64,000 bases of DNA, taken from positions 42,439 to 106,438 of the forward strand of contig JAHJHG010000001.1 of the NCBI GenBank assembly GCA_018823885.1, read 5' to 3'. Below the pieces are notes generated by a model. That model worked only from the letters and a program-made list of their open reading frames with translations, was not told where the DNA came from and searched no databases. The translations under genes were made by a program, and so were the position numbers. Of this stretch, positions 40,358 to 50,135 are shown one piece after another; position 1 is the stretch's first letter, and every line of letters begins with the position of its first letter. The stretch comes from Patescibacteria group bacterium (GTDB lineage Bacteria > Patescibacteriota > Microgenomatia > UBA8517).

Positions 40358-40921
40358 ATGAATTCATTAAACGGAGAAGAGTGGGTGGACTATAGCGAAA
40401 CGGGCAGACATCATCGCCGTGCTCGTAAATTTAATAGACGGAAATTTCCGCGCGATAGAAGTTTTGTTGGAAAAGAGCTGAAAATATCAGAAAAAATTAA
40501 AGGAGAGGAAAAAAGAAAGAATGAAGCAAGAGGGAAAATTGAAAAACACCTTAAGCGCTTTTCCACACTTGACTCTCACGAAGGCAAGAAGAAGATTAAA
40601 GTTTATATCAGATGGGTCAGAGATTCTCTTGACCAAGACTATCCTCTTCTTGACGAAGGAGATCTTGAAGTAAAAACTGCAGTTGCTAGCGTAAAAGCCG
40701 GTGGCCAAAAACGCCAAAAATCCCAAACCTCTGTTCGTGTGGTGCATTTGCCAACACTAATAAGAGTAAAAAATGAAGAGGAAAGAAGCTTAGAACAAAA
40801 TACATTAAAAGCTAAGGAAAACCTCTACATTTTACTCACAGAGCACCTCCAACTATGGAAAATTTTAAACATAGCATCACCCAATCAGGGCGTTGAAAGA
40901 GAAGTAAAAGATATGCTTTAA
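40358..40921 (+). CDS. Peptide chain release factor-like (GGQ domain) protein
   Basis: AGGQKRQKSQTSVRVVHLPT...EERSLEQN matches RF domain 3. Confidence 0.8.
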   Translation: MNSLNGEEWVDYSETGRHHRRARKFNRRKFPRDRSFVGKELKISEKIKGEEKRKNEARGKIEKHLKRFSTLDSHEGKKKIKVYIRWVRDSLDQDYPLLDEGDLEVKTAVASVKAGGQKRQKSQTSVRVVHLPTLIRVKNEEERSLEQNTLKAKENLYILLTEHLQLWKILNIASPNQGVEREVKDML

Positions 40922-40963
40922 TCAAAAAGGCTCTTATGTAAAAACGGAGATCATATATAAACC

Positions 40964-41203
40964 ATGAGTAAGGAAAGAAAATTTCATGTCAATTTCGAAG
41001 AGACCTTGATAGCCGCAGCTTCGGGTGCAGTATTTGGCACAGCCATAGGAAGCGCAAAATATTTAGGAACCCCTCTTCCTGAGGCAACGAGAATAGCATT
41101 AACGTGTGTCCCTTTGGCATTAGTTGGTTTTGGCAAGACTGTCATTAGAAAAAACGATGAACAAAAACAAAGAAAAAGCACTCATCAAAGCTTAGCCAAG
41201 TAG
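40964..41203 (+). CDS. Small membrane hypothetical protein
   Basis: 79 aa, two hydrophobic segments. Confidence 0.5.
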   Translation: MSKERKFHVNFEETLIAAASGAVFGTAIGSAKYLGTPLPEATRIALTCVPLALVGFGKTVIRKNDEQKQRKSTHQSLAK

Positions 41204-41234
41204 TATAAAATAATCTAGAATAAAATTACCTCGG

Positions 41235-41474
41235 ATGAAAATTAATGTAACTGCTAAACCAGCCAGCAAGAAAGCATATATAAAAATGGTGGGGGAAAAA
41301 GAATATGTTGTTTCTGTAAAAGAGCCTCCAATTAATGGGCTGGCTAACATGTCAATTATTGGGTCCCTGTCGGATTACTTTAAGATACCCGCTAGATATA
41401 TAAGAATAGTGTCAGGCTACAGAAGCAGAAATAAAATCATAGAAATAAACGATAATTATATGTCACATATTTGA
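41235..41474 (+). CDS. DUF167 (YggU) family protein
   Basis: V.AKP, PPINGLAN, IVSG..SRNK. Confidence 0.88.
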   Translation: MKINVTAKPASKKAYIKMVGEKEYVVSVKEPPINGLANMSIIGSLSDYFKIPARYIRIVSGYRSRNKIIEINDNYMSHI

Positions 41475-41527
41475 GGACGTTATTCTTTCGCTCTTTTATT
41501 TTTCAAAACATATAATATAATCTTTAT

Positions 41528-41725
41528 ATGGCCGCTAAAAAGAAATTATATCGAAGTAAAGATAATAAAATTTTGGCAGGTATTATAGGTGGACTAGGGG
41601 AGTATTTCGATATTGACCCAACAGTTTTGAGACTCGGATGGCTCTTGGTTTTTGTCTTTACGGGCATCTTTCCTGTGCTTCTTGCTTATATTATTGCGAT
41701 TCTTATTGTGCCAAATAAGTCTTAA
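41528..41725 (+). CDS. PspC domain protein
   Basis: KLYRS..NKILAGIIGGLGEYFDIDPTVLRL. Confidence 0.92.
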   Translation: MAAKKKLYRSKDNKILAGIIGGLGEYFDIDPTVLRLGWLLVFVFTGIFPVLLAYIIAILIVPNKS

Positions 41726-42864
41726 TCGCTTGCGTCTCCAGAAATATACTTATGAACCTCGCTCCATTTATTGACACCCTCTCTTGGGATTAATATATAT
41801 TGACCCCCTGAGCTGGAGGAAGAATAGAAAACGTTATCTTCGGTAAGATAAATATGTGCTATTTTGTAATCCAGCGGATTTCCAGCTTTAGTCAAAATCT
41901 GCTTTATTGCTTCTGAGTCCAAATCCGTATTTACACTTCCGGTAAGTTTATTTAAAACAGGGCTTGCCTGAGAGATAGCATCCAAAGATATTAATTTATT
42001 TTTTATTGCCGCTAGAATTTCGTGCTGTCTTGCGCTTCTTGCAAAATCACCCCCATATTGATCCGAATGTCTTGAACGGACAAATTTTAGAGCTGTTTCT
42101 CCATCTATCTTTTGTAAACCTTTTTCAAAATGCAAGTGTTCATAGCGACATTCAAATTGCTTCTCTAGCTGGAAACCTGAATATTTCTGGTGAAATTCAG
42201 CGATATCTTCACCAGATATTCCACACGTTTCATTTTCAAGACCCTTTACGGGATAGAAGTAATCATCAAAAGGATTGCTTACATCAACTTCAATTCCTCC
42301 CAACAAATCGATGGCATCAACAAGTCCATCAAAGTTAATAGACATATAATAGTCAACCTCCAATCCAGTAACAATTGATGCTGCGTATTTCGCCAGCTCA
42401 CCACCTCCTTCTTCTCCCCGGTAAACGGGTTTCTTGTTCGGATATTTATTTTCATCGCCTCCGATAGCATAGGCAGCATTGATTTTATAATTTTGCGTAT
42501 TGTCGTAATCTACAGGCAAAGCGATCCAGAGGTCGCGGGGGATTGAGATAAGAACAACTTCTTTTTCCTTTGTATCTACGCTTGCAAGAGTAATTGAATC
42601 TGTTAAATTTCCACCATCGTGACCAGCACCGCCGTATCCTAATAGTAAAACATTGAACGTATCGGGTGAGTCAACCACAGGCGTAGCGGGCATGGCTTCT
42701 GTTATATTTACTGTTTTATCTCCCGCTACATAAGGCCTGGATAAAGTAAAATACAAATAGCTTAATCCGATACCAACAAAGAATAATGTAAAGAGGGAAG
42801 CCGTTAACTTAACGATCCTTCTATCAAGATGCAATACCCGTTCCTTAAGTTTTTTTAAGAACAT
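41722..42864 (-). CDS. LCP (LytR-CpsA-Psr) family protein
   Basis: LLLG, TDSI, SIPRDLW, KINAAY, FVRSRH, DFARSARQ. Confidence 0.92.
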   Translation of the reverse strand: MFLKKLKERVLHLDRRIVKLTASLFTLFFVGIGLSYLYFTLSRPYVAGDKTVNITEAMPATPVVDSPDTFNVLLLGYGGAGHDGGNLTDSITLASVDTKEKEVVLISIPRDLWIALPVDYDNTQNYKINAAYAIGGDENKYPNKKPVYRGEEGGGELAKYAASIVTGLEVDYYMSINFDGLVDAIDLLGGIEVDVSNPFDDYFYPVKGLENETCGISGEDIAEFHQKYSGFQLEKQFECRYEHLHFEKGLQKIDGETALKFVRSRHSDQYGGDFARSARQHEILAAIKNKLISLDAISQASPVLNKLTGSVNTDLDSEAIKQILTKAGNPLDYKIAHIYLTEDNVFYSSSSSGGQYILIPREGVNKWSEVHKYISGDASD

Positions 42865-42922
42865 ACGTTTATATTATCACTTTCTCCGTCTCTCGTTAGG
42901 AATTGTGTTGTATAATCTCATC

Positions 42923-43660
42923 ATGGCCTGGACAAATACAAGTTGGCTTTACAATCCAAAAAGTAAATTACCCTTCAAATTGAGTAGAAGCAAAATTGAT
43001 TTATTTTTGCAATGCCCCAGATGTTTTTACCTGACTGTTCGTTTGGGAATAAAACGGCCAAGCATGCCGGGCTTTACTCTAAACATTGCTGTTGATGAAC
43101 TTCTCAAAAATGAATTTGACCTACTTCGCAAGAAGGGACAAACTCACGAACTGATGAAAAAATATAAAATCGATGCCATTCCCTTTAGTCATCCCGATAT
43201 TGACACCTGGAGAAACAACTTCGTAGGGAAAAGATATATCCACGAAGGCACAAACCTATTAATTTTTGGAGCAATCGATGACTTGTGGATCAACAAAAAG
43301 GACGAATTAATTGTGGTTGACTATAAGGCAACTAGCACGACACAAGAAATTTCTCTGGACGACAAGTGGAAGCAAAATTATAAAAAACAGCTTGAAGTTT
43401 ACCAATGGATTTATGAAAAAAGTGGATTTAAAGTCTCAAAAACAGGCTATATTGTATATGCCAACGCCAGTAAAAATAGAGCGAAATTTGACGGAAAATT
43501 AGAGTTTGAAATGACAATTCACCCACATAAAGGAGATACAACTTGGATTGAACCGACAATTATTGAGATAAAAAAGACTTTAGATTCTGATAAACTTCCG
43601 GCTTCTGGAGCTGAGTGTGAATATTGTTCCTACCGCAAAAAGGCTTCAACAAAAGAATAA
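42923..43660 (+). CDS. PD-(D/E)XK nuclease, Cas4/AddB-like
   Basis: SRSKID...CPRCF, GAIDD, VVDYK, QLEVY, CEYC. Confidence 0.87.
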   Translation: MAWTNTSWLYNPKSKLPFKLSRSKIDLFLQCPRCFYLTVRLGIKRPSMPGFTLNIAVDELLKNEFDLLRKKGQTHELMKKYKIDAIPFSHPDIDTWRNNFVGKRYIHEGTNLLIFGAIDDLWINKKDELIVVDYKATSTTQEISLDDKWKQNYKKQLEVYQWIYEKSGFKVSKTGYIVYANASKNRAKFDGKLEFEMTIHPHKGDTTWIEPTIIEIKKTLDSDKLPASGAECEYCSYRKKASTKE

Positions 43661-43702
43661 ACTCCTATTTGACAATTATTATTTTTAGTATTAAATGAAT
43701 GA

Positions 43703-43873
43703 GTGAAAGAAAGAATACATAAGAAATCAGAGATACCTAGTGGGAATGGATCCAAACCAGTAATTCCTGATATGAAACCAGAAAATGCCAAAAAACACAT
43801 CAGAAGGTCAGGCAAAAGAAGAAGGAGAAAGCTCTCAAGCAACATAGGTCCGGATATTACATACTTCACCTAG
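43703..43873 (+). CDS. Possible small basic protein, 56 aa
   Basis: GTG 43703 to TAG 43873 after a TTGACA promoter; RRSGKRRRRK stretch. Confidence 0.35.
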   Translation: MKERIHKKSEIPSGNGSKPVIPDMKPENAKKHIRRSGKRRRRKLSSNIGPDITYFT

Positions 43874-43914
43874 TAGAACAAGAAACCAAAATATATTAGA
43901 ATAGTTTATAGACC

Positions 43915-44277
43915 ATGAGTGAAAAAACAGTCGGGTACATTTTACTTTTCGTAGGTGTTATCATTATTCTTTTTTCGGGTTTTAGTGTGTATGGTGTTTT
44001 TTCAAAGAATATAAAGCCCGTCCAATTCTTTTCAATCGGAAGTACTCCGATCGAAATCCCAATAGCAGGTCAAACCGCAAACAAGGGAGTCGATGGGGGA
44101 GGAATAGGTATTCCCACAGAAGTAATTCAGGACCCTTTAAACGCTTTTGCTCACCTTACTTTAATGATTTTTATTGGAGGGGTGGGATTTAAAATTGCGT
44201 CTTTAGGTACAATGCTCATCAGACCTGTTATTGTTAAACTCAAAAGTAAAGAGTCTTCTGATAAGCCCTCCAAGTAG
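43915..44277 (+). CDS. Two-TM membrane hypothetical protein
   Basis: 120 aa with two hydrophobic helices. Confidence 0.7.
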   Translation: MSEKTVGYILLFVGVIIILFSGFSVYGVFSKNIKPVQFFSIGSTPIEIPIAGQTANKGVDGGGIGIPTEVIQDPLNAFAHLTLMIFIGGVGFKIASLGTMLIRPVIVKLKSKESSDKPSK

Positions 44278-44344
44278 AAAAGGTGCTGTATAGAAATACC
44301 TAGTAGAACCAAAAAGAGTCTTAGTAAAAGTGATGGGGAAATAA

Positions 44345-45406
44345 TTAAGTTATTTTTCTTTGATAATTCATATCTAGATCTTCGGTTATGTGATAAACAA
44401 GAACATTGTGCCCTTTCGGTTTAATTATCCTTCCCCAACTTCTTATTTCTATCACATCTATTTCTTCTTCTGAAAAAATTGGACAACTGTTTGAAGCTCT
44501 ATCTAATATTGCTATTCTTGGCAATGTCTTTGTTTCGGTAATTTCTCTCTTGTCTACTTGCACATAAAGTTTTGAGTAAAGCGCTGAAAAATTCTCCTGT
44601 TTCTCGCGTGCCTCAAGCTGCCCATTCTCTACAAAAACAATTGATGGATGTTCTTTTAAGTCCTCTCTTTCTTCTTCGTTTTTGGGTTTCACCCTGCCCA
44701 TAATGAGTTGTTTCCAGTTATCTCCAACCGACAGCCCTTCTAGGGGCATGTCGGCTTCTCTTAGCCTTAATTCATTAATGGTTGCCAAAGAATGTCGGCC
44801 AATTACGTCAGAAATTGAATCGCCCTCTAAAGAATTCAACCAAGAGGGAAGTTTTGTTTGTATAAGGTCATCGGGTGACTGGAAATCTTTTCCTCTAGTT
44901 TTATATCCGTGCGTAATGTGATAAATCTTTGTAGGGTATGAGGGGTGTTTTACAACCCAGCCCCATACTCGTTTCTCAATGAATTCCGTGTCGTCTTCAT
45001 CAAATATCGGGTAGCCTGCCCCAGCCACGTCCAAAATGGCTATTTTTTCTGCCATTCTAGGAACGAGCTCATACTTATCAATCCCATCTTGAATTTGTTC
45101 CAAAATACCATCAATCTTGCCAATATCTCCATCATCATCCAACTTCGGAACGAACCTATTTTCTATGTGCCAGATTATGCGATTCACTTTTGATCGCTCA
45201 TCTCCTTCAACTATTAATGTCCAATTAGCACCCACAATTACAACATCTTTGGGAAAATCAGGATCACCATTTCCCAACTCTTTAATGACTGCGTAGGCAA
45301 AATCACCATAATCCTTTCCATATTCCCGTGTGTCTTTTTCTGAATTCTCAAGCCAGAATTTTGGTTTATCAACTATTGATAGTCGTGATAGTCGCTCTGG
45401 ATTCAT
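44345..45406 (-). CDS. Hypothetical protein made of two homologous halves
   Basis: 353 aa ORF; internal repeat IAILD.A....PIF.E....IE.R.WG.......YHIT. Confidence 0.7.
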   Translation of the reverse strand: MNPERLSRLSIVDKPKFWLENSEKDTREYGKDYGDFAYAVIKELGNGDPDFPKDVVIVGANWTLIVEGDERSKVNRIIWHIENRFVPKLDDDGDIGKIDGILEQIQDGIDKYELVPRMAEKIAILDVAGAGYPIFDEDDTEFIEKRVWGWVVKHPSYPTKIYHITHGYKTRGKDFQSPDDLIQTKLPSWLNSLEGDSISDVIGRHSLATINELRLREADMPLEGLSVGDNWKQLIMGRVKPKNEEEREDLKEHPSIVFVENGQLEAREKQENFSALYSKLYVQVDKREITETKTLPRIAILDRASNSCPIFSEEEIDVIEIRSWGRIIKPKGHNVLVYHITEDLDMNYQRKIT

Positions 45407-45462
45407 AACCGTGATTATACCCCATAAACATTATAGGTTCAAATATTTACATCAGGAGCGGA

Positions 45463-46236
45463 TTATCGAAGTTCAAATGTCACCGTTACAGTTTTATAAA
45501 CGGTTTCTGTTCCCGGTTCAATCGGAGCGATTCCAGTATCCATTTCAAGGCCTTTGAATATTCCGCTTGTTTGCTGTCCTTCACTGACAGTAACTATTTT
45601 ACCTAATTTTCTTCCACTGGATTCAGCAATTTTTTCGGCTTTTTCTCGAGCATTGTTAATTGCTTCTTCAAGAAGAACTACTTCTGATTCCTGAGTATCA
45701 TCTAGAGAAAAGTTTGGACCTTGGACACTCGTTGCTCCACTTTCATTCAATAAGTCTGCCAGCGCCGATGCTTTGTCAACATCTCGAAGTGTAACTTCAA
45801 TTGTGTTGTTGGCACTCCATTGACCCAATTCAACCCTCCTTGCTTCATCTTCAATAAATGGTTCTTGTATTTGATGAACGCTAAGGCTGCGGGTTTGAAT
45901 GTCCTCTTCCGCAATACCAAAAGATTTCACCGCGCTGATAACATCACCTATTACTTGATTAACTTCGTCAACCGCCGTTTCTTTGTCATCATTAATAGCG
46001 GTAACACCTGCCGTAAAAGATGCAATTTGGCTCATTTCTTCAAGGCTTGCTTCACCCGACACTGTAATCGTTGAAGCAGGCAATATTTCCAATTTACCCC
46101 AATTAACAAATCTCCAAGGAATTAAAAAAACACCGACTAGAAGTATTGCCATTAATGCAACCTTAAAAACGATAATTTTTTTAACTGGATGTTTTCTCAT
46201 ATCATCCAGGTTAACTTGTGGAAAATTTGCTGTCAA
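45463..46236 (-). CDS. SIMPL (DUF541/YggE) domain protein
   Basis: TITVSGEA, GIAEEDIQT, AINNAREKAEKIA, IEPG, VTVTFEL. Confidence 0.9.
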   Translation of the reverse strand: MTANFPQVNLDDMRKHPVKKIIVFKVALMAILLVGVFLIPWRFVNWGKLEILPASTITVSGEASLEEMSQIASFTAGVTAINDDKETAVDEVNQVIGDVISAVKSFGIAEEDIQTRSLSVHQIQEPFIEDEARRVELGQWSANNTIEVTLRDVDKASALADLLNESGATSVQGPNFSLDDTQESEVVLLEEAINNAREKAEKIAESSGRKLGKIVTVSEGQQTSGIFKGLEMDTGIAPIEPGTETVYKTVTVTFELR

Positions 46237-46338
46237 TGCCCTAAGTTTCTTAAGTATTCCTATTGCCCAATAGCCTCCAAAAGGGTAAAATAGAACAGGC
46301 TATAAGCCTATCTTTTTTTGTTTTTTGAGGCTAAATAT

Positions 46339-48942
46339 ATGGATATTGGAAAAGTAAAATCAGTAGAAATTACCTCAGAGCTTTCTAAAAGCTATCTTGA
46401 TTACGCAATGAGCGTAATAGTATCCCGAGCACTCCCTGATATTCGAGATGGATTAAAACCCGTACACAGAAGAATCCTTTATGCCATGCATTTGATGAAT
46501 CTTGATCCTACCAAATCTTTTACTAAATCAGCAAAAGTGGTAGGGGAGGTTTTAGGGAAATACCATCCCCATGGTGATATGGCTGTTTACGACTCGCTGG
46601 TTCGTTTGGCACAAGACTTTTCAATGAGATACCCACTTGTTCAGGGTCAAGGAAATTTTGGATCTATTGACGGGGATTCTGCAGCGGCTATGCGTTACAC
46701 AGAGGTTAGAATGGCAAAAATATCACCTACCATTCTTAGTGATATTGAAAAGGATACTGTTGATTTTCTTGATAACTTCGACGCGACATTAAAAGAACCA
46801 GTATTTTTACCAGCACTTCTCCCAAACATGCTCCTTATGGGTTCGGAAGGAATAGCCGTTGGAATGGCCACAAAATTACCCCCTCATAACTTAAAGGAGG
46901 TAATTGATGCTGTAATTGCAACCATAAAGAAAGGGAAGATTGTCTCCGAAAAAAACGCTCAAGAAAAAGAAACTGACTTTTTCATTAAAAAAATTAACCT
47001 TAAGGCATCTGGGCAAGACAAAAGCGAGGACATGCTCAAACCCTCCAAGGTAAATTTTGAAAGCGAAATAACAATTGAGGAATTGTTAGAAGTTATACCT
47101 GGACCAGATTTTCCTACCGGTGGGACGATTTACGATGCTGAATCCCTAAAGGAAGTTTATGCAACCGGACGTGGAAAAATAATTGTAAGAGGAGTAGCCG
47201 AAATTAAGGACGGACCAAGAGGTCGCCAGCAAATAATGATTTCCGAACTTCCTTATCAAGTTAACAAAGCCAAACTTGTTATAAAAATTGCCGATTTAGT
47301 TCGCGATAAAAAAATAAAAGGAATTGCAGACTTAAGAGACGAATCTGACAAAGACGGTTTATCTGTCGTTGTTGAATTGAAACGGGATGCTCGACCAAAA
47401 GCTGTTCTTAATAATTTATACAAGCACACTAGACTTCAAACCACATTCCCGGCTAACTTTGTCGCCCTAATCGACGGAGCACCTCATACAGTAAATCTCA
47501 AACAGATTTTAACCGAATATATAAAACACAGGCAGCGTGTTGTAACCAGAAGAACAATCTTTGAATTAACGGCTGCGAAGAGACGAGCTCACATTTTGGA
47601 AGGATTAAAAATCGCCCTTGATAATTTAGATGCTGTAATAAAAACAATTCGAGCCAGTCGCACGCAAGAAGATGCAAAAAGAAATCTAATCAAGAAATTC
47701 GGCCTAACCGATATTCAATCAACAGCTATCTTAGATATGCAACTAAGACGCTTAGCAGCCCTTGAGCGGGAAAAAATCGAAAAAGAATACAATGAAATCA
47801 AGAAGTTAATTGATAAATTAACGGCTATTCTAAAAAATCCAAAGAAAGTTCTTGAGATTATTTCCAAAGAGCTTTTAGCACTCAGGGAGAAATTTGGAGA
47901 TGCTAGAAGAACCAAAATCTACAAACAAAAACTAGGGGAGTTCTCTGACGAGGACTTGGTCCCCAAAAAAGAAACGCTTATTACTGTTACAAAAACAGGA
48001 TATGTCAAAAGAGTGCCCAGAGAAACATACAGATCACAGCGACGTGGCGGTAAAGGTGTCGTGGGAATGACGACAAAAGAAGCTGATGAAATTGAACACA
48101 TCCTAACAGCTTCTACTCATGACACAATATTATTCTTTACTAATAAAGGAAAGGTATATGGAACGCGAGCTTGGGAAATTCCAGAAACAACAAGGCAAGC
48201 CAAGGGCCAGGCTATCGTTAATCTTATTGACATAGATCAGGGTGAAGACGTTATGTCAGTTTTGGCCGCTAGCAATGATGATTTGCGCAAACATTTCATT
48301 ATGACCACTTCGAAAGGTATCGTTAAAAAAACAAAAGTATCTCAATTTGAAAACTTAAGAGCATCAGGCCTTATCGCTATCCGTCTTGCCACTAATGATG
48401 CCCTCGTCTGTGTTCAGGAAACAGAAGGAAACGAGCATATTCTCCTTTTGTCTAAAAAAGGCAAGTCCATTCGTTTCCCGGAAACAAACGTCAGGCCCAT
48501 GGGAAGAGCAACCACTGGTGTTCGTGGTATTAAACTTGAACCGCACGATGAAGTTATTGGAATGGAAGTATTTGCTGAAAAAACAATTAAACTCAAAGAC
48601 AAAAGGCGAAAGGTTTTTAGGGATATTTTAACTATTTCGGAAAAAGGATTAGGGAAAAGAACCGGTATCCATCTCTTCCCGGTTCAGAGAAGAGCGGGTA
48701 AGGGAGTCAAAGCGGCGGTCGTTAACGACAAAACTGGACCCCTTGCCGCCATGGCCATGGTCAATCAAAAAATGGAACAACTTATCATTACAAGCAAAAG
48801 CGGTCAGATTATCAAACTACCACTTAAGAATATTCCACAAATGGGAAGAGCGACACAAGGTGTAATCTTAATGCGTTTTGCAAAGAAAAATGATGCTGTT
48901 GCCGCTATGGCTTGTTTGGAAAAAAGCGTAGCAAAAAAGTAA
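46339..48942 (+). CDS. gyrA: DNA gyrase subunit A
   Basis: [27 protein letters not shown], GyrA-box QRRGGKG. Confidence 0.97.
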   Translation: MDIGKVKSVEITSELSKSYLDYAMSVIVSRALPDIRDGLKPVHRRILYAMHLMNLDPTKSFTKSAKVVGEVLGKYHPHGDMAVYDSLVRLAQDFSMRYPLVQGQGNFGSIDGDSAAAMRYTEVRMAKISPTILSDIEKDTVDFLDNFDATLKEPVFLPALLPNMLLMGSEGIAVGMATKLPPHNLKEVIDAVIATIKKGKIVSEKNAQEKETDFFIKKINLKASGQDKSEDMLKPSKVNFESEITIEELLEVIPGPDFPTGGTIYDAESLKEVYATGRGKIIVRGVAEIKDGPRGRQQIMISELPYQVNKAKLVIKIADLVRDKKIKGIADLRDESDKDGLSVVVELKRDARPKAVLNNLYKHTRLQTTFPANFVALIDGAPHTVNLKQILTEYIKHRQRVVTRRTIFELTAAKRRAHILEGLKIALDNLDAVIKTIRASRTQEDAKRNLIKKFGLTDIQSTAILDMQLRRLAALEREKIEKEYNEIKKLIDKLTAILKNPKKVLEIISKELLALREKFGDARRTKIYKQKLGEFSDEDLVPKKETLITVTKTGYVKRVPRETYRSQRRGGKGVVGMTTKEADEIEHILTASTHDTILFFTNKGKVYGTRAWEIPETTRQAKGQAIVNLIDIDQGEDVMSVLAASNDDLRKHFIMTTSKGIVKKTKVSQFENLRASGLIAIRLATNDALVCVQETEGNEHILLLSKKGKSIRFPETNVRPMGRATTGVRGIKLEPHDEVIGMEVFAEKTIKLKDKRRKVFRDILTISEKGLGKRTGIHLFPVQRRAGKGVKAAVVNDKTGPLAAMAMVNQKMEQLIITSKSGQIIKLPLKNIPQMGRATQGVILMRFAKKNDAVAAMACLEKSVAKK

Positions 48943-48994
48943 AGACAACCACACCTTAACAATCTAAATTAGACACAATACCAAGGAGGAAGAC

Positions 48995-49156
48995 ATGTTC
49001 ATTCGAAGATCTCAATCGCTCTACTTTGCAGTGATAATTATCCTATTATCATTAGGGTTAATTATCTTCCTCGCATGCATAGAAATGAAAAGTGATCCAG
49101 AATTTGAACTTAGCTGTCTCGTCCGCCCTAAGGAATTGTGTTTTAACTTTAGGTAA
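48995..49156 (+). CDS. Small single-TM protein, 53 aa
   Basis: SD AAGGAGG; MFIRRSQSLYFAVIIILLSLGLIIFLACIEMKSDPEFELSCLVRPKELCFNFR. Confidence 0.6.
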   Translation: MFIRRSQSLYFAVIIILLSLGLIIFLACIEMKSDPEFELSCLVRPKELCFNFR

Positions 49157-49176
49157 AGGAGGTGATCAAGTCTAAT

Positions 49177-49241
49177 CTGAGGGTACGAGCTTAGAGCGAA
49201 GTTTTTTATTCGACTCTATTCAAACGACCCTCATGTTTTTT
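49177..49241 (+). repeat. Structured 3' element, copy 1 (terminator-like hairpin)
   Basis: CTGAGGGTACGAG..TAGAG-var-CTCTATTCAAACGACCCTCATGTTTTTT; repeated at 50079. Confidence 0.8.
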
Positions 49242-49366
49242 ATGTTTAATTAATATTCTCTGATATAATGCTTCCAGTCTGTCCGTGTATACGGGCATTT
49301 TATATTCATAGGTACCTTGACAAGTCCAATCACATCTTTTCCCTATATAAAAAAGGAGGCAGTCCC

Positions 49367-50062
49367 ATGTCCGTCTTCGTTTCAATATGCCAGCTTATTT
49401 TAGTGGTAGTCATTCATGAATGGGGGCATGCATATGCTGCCTCACGCCTTGGATTTTCGTATGACACAATTTTTATTGGTCTTCCTGTCCAGCCCAAAAA
49501 GATTTTTGACTATGGGCGCAAAAAGGTAATTGTGTCACCATGGCTCATTGGAGGAGGAGTAAACATTAGCGAAAAAGGTCTTCTTAAGGCCTCGTTCCCG
49601 AAAAAAATATTAGTTTATGGCGCAGGTCCAGTTTTCAATATTGCAACTGGTTTTATTACCGCCTATCTAATATTTGGGAAAAAGGGCTTAATGATTACTT
49701 GGGGGTTTCTTGATGCTTCTTTCCAAGCCACCGTCATGTTGCTAACAGGGCAAATAGGTTTAGAACAGCTTTCGAGTCCAATTGGAATTGTTTCGATCGC
49801 CTCAAAAGCAATAGAAGCAGATTTCCTACTTGGAGCTGTTTTTATTTGGCTTCTATTGAATTTTGGAGTGGCTATGGCAAACCTTGCGCCAGTTCCAGCA
49901 CTTGATGGAGGACAAATTTGGATGGGCGCCATCTGTTCCCTGTTTGGAAACAAACCGGGAATTGTTAAAATCGTAAAATATTTAACAAGTGTTTTTTTGG
50001 TACTTCTTGTTGGAGGAATGCTATTTCTAACCGCAAGAGATATTGCTCAACTGATGTGGTAA
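49367..50062 (+). CDS. Site-2 protease (M50 family, RseP-like, no PDZ)
   Basis: HEWGH, AGPVFN, NLAPVPALDGG; SD AAGGAGG before ATG 49367. Confidence 0.88.
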   Translation: MSVFVSICQLILVVVIHEWGHAYAASRLGFSYDTIFIGLPVQPKKIFDYGRKKVIVSPWLIGGGVNISEKGLLKASFPKKILVYGAGPVFNIATGFITAYLIFGKKGLMITWGFLDASFQATVMLLTGQIGLEQLSSPIGIVSIASKAIEADFLLGAVFIWLLLNFGVAMANLAPVPALDGGQIWMGAICSLFGNKPGIVKIVKYLTSVFLVLLVGGMLFLTARDIAQLMW

Positions 50063-50078
50063 CTAACACGGACAGAAC

Positions 50079-50132
50079 CTGAGGGTACGAGTCTAGAGAG
50101 CAATCTCTATTCAAACGACCCTCATGTTTTTT
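50079..50132 (+). repeat. Structured 3' element, copy 2
   Basis: Same flanks as copy 1; shorter distal stem closed by a GCAA tetraloop. Confidence 0.8.
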
Positions 50133-50135
50133 GGT

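Noticed and set aside
43868-44309. 12-bp direct repeat ACCTAGTAGAAC flanking the 43915-44277 gene as a target-site duplication
   Set aside because: Short, with no transposase or terminal inverted repeats; could be chance
49177-50132. CRISPR array
   Set aside because: Only two copies about 900 bp apart with a whole gene between; no cas1/cas2
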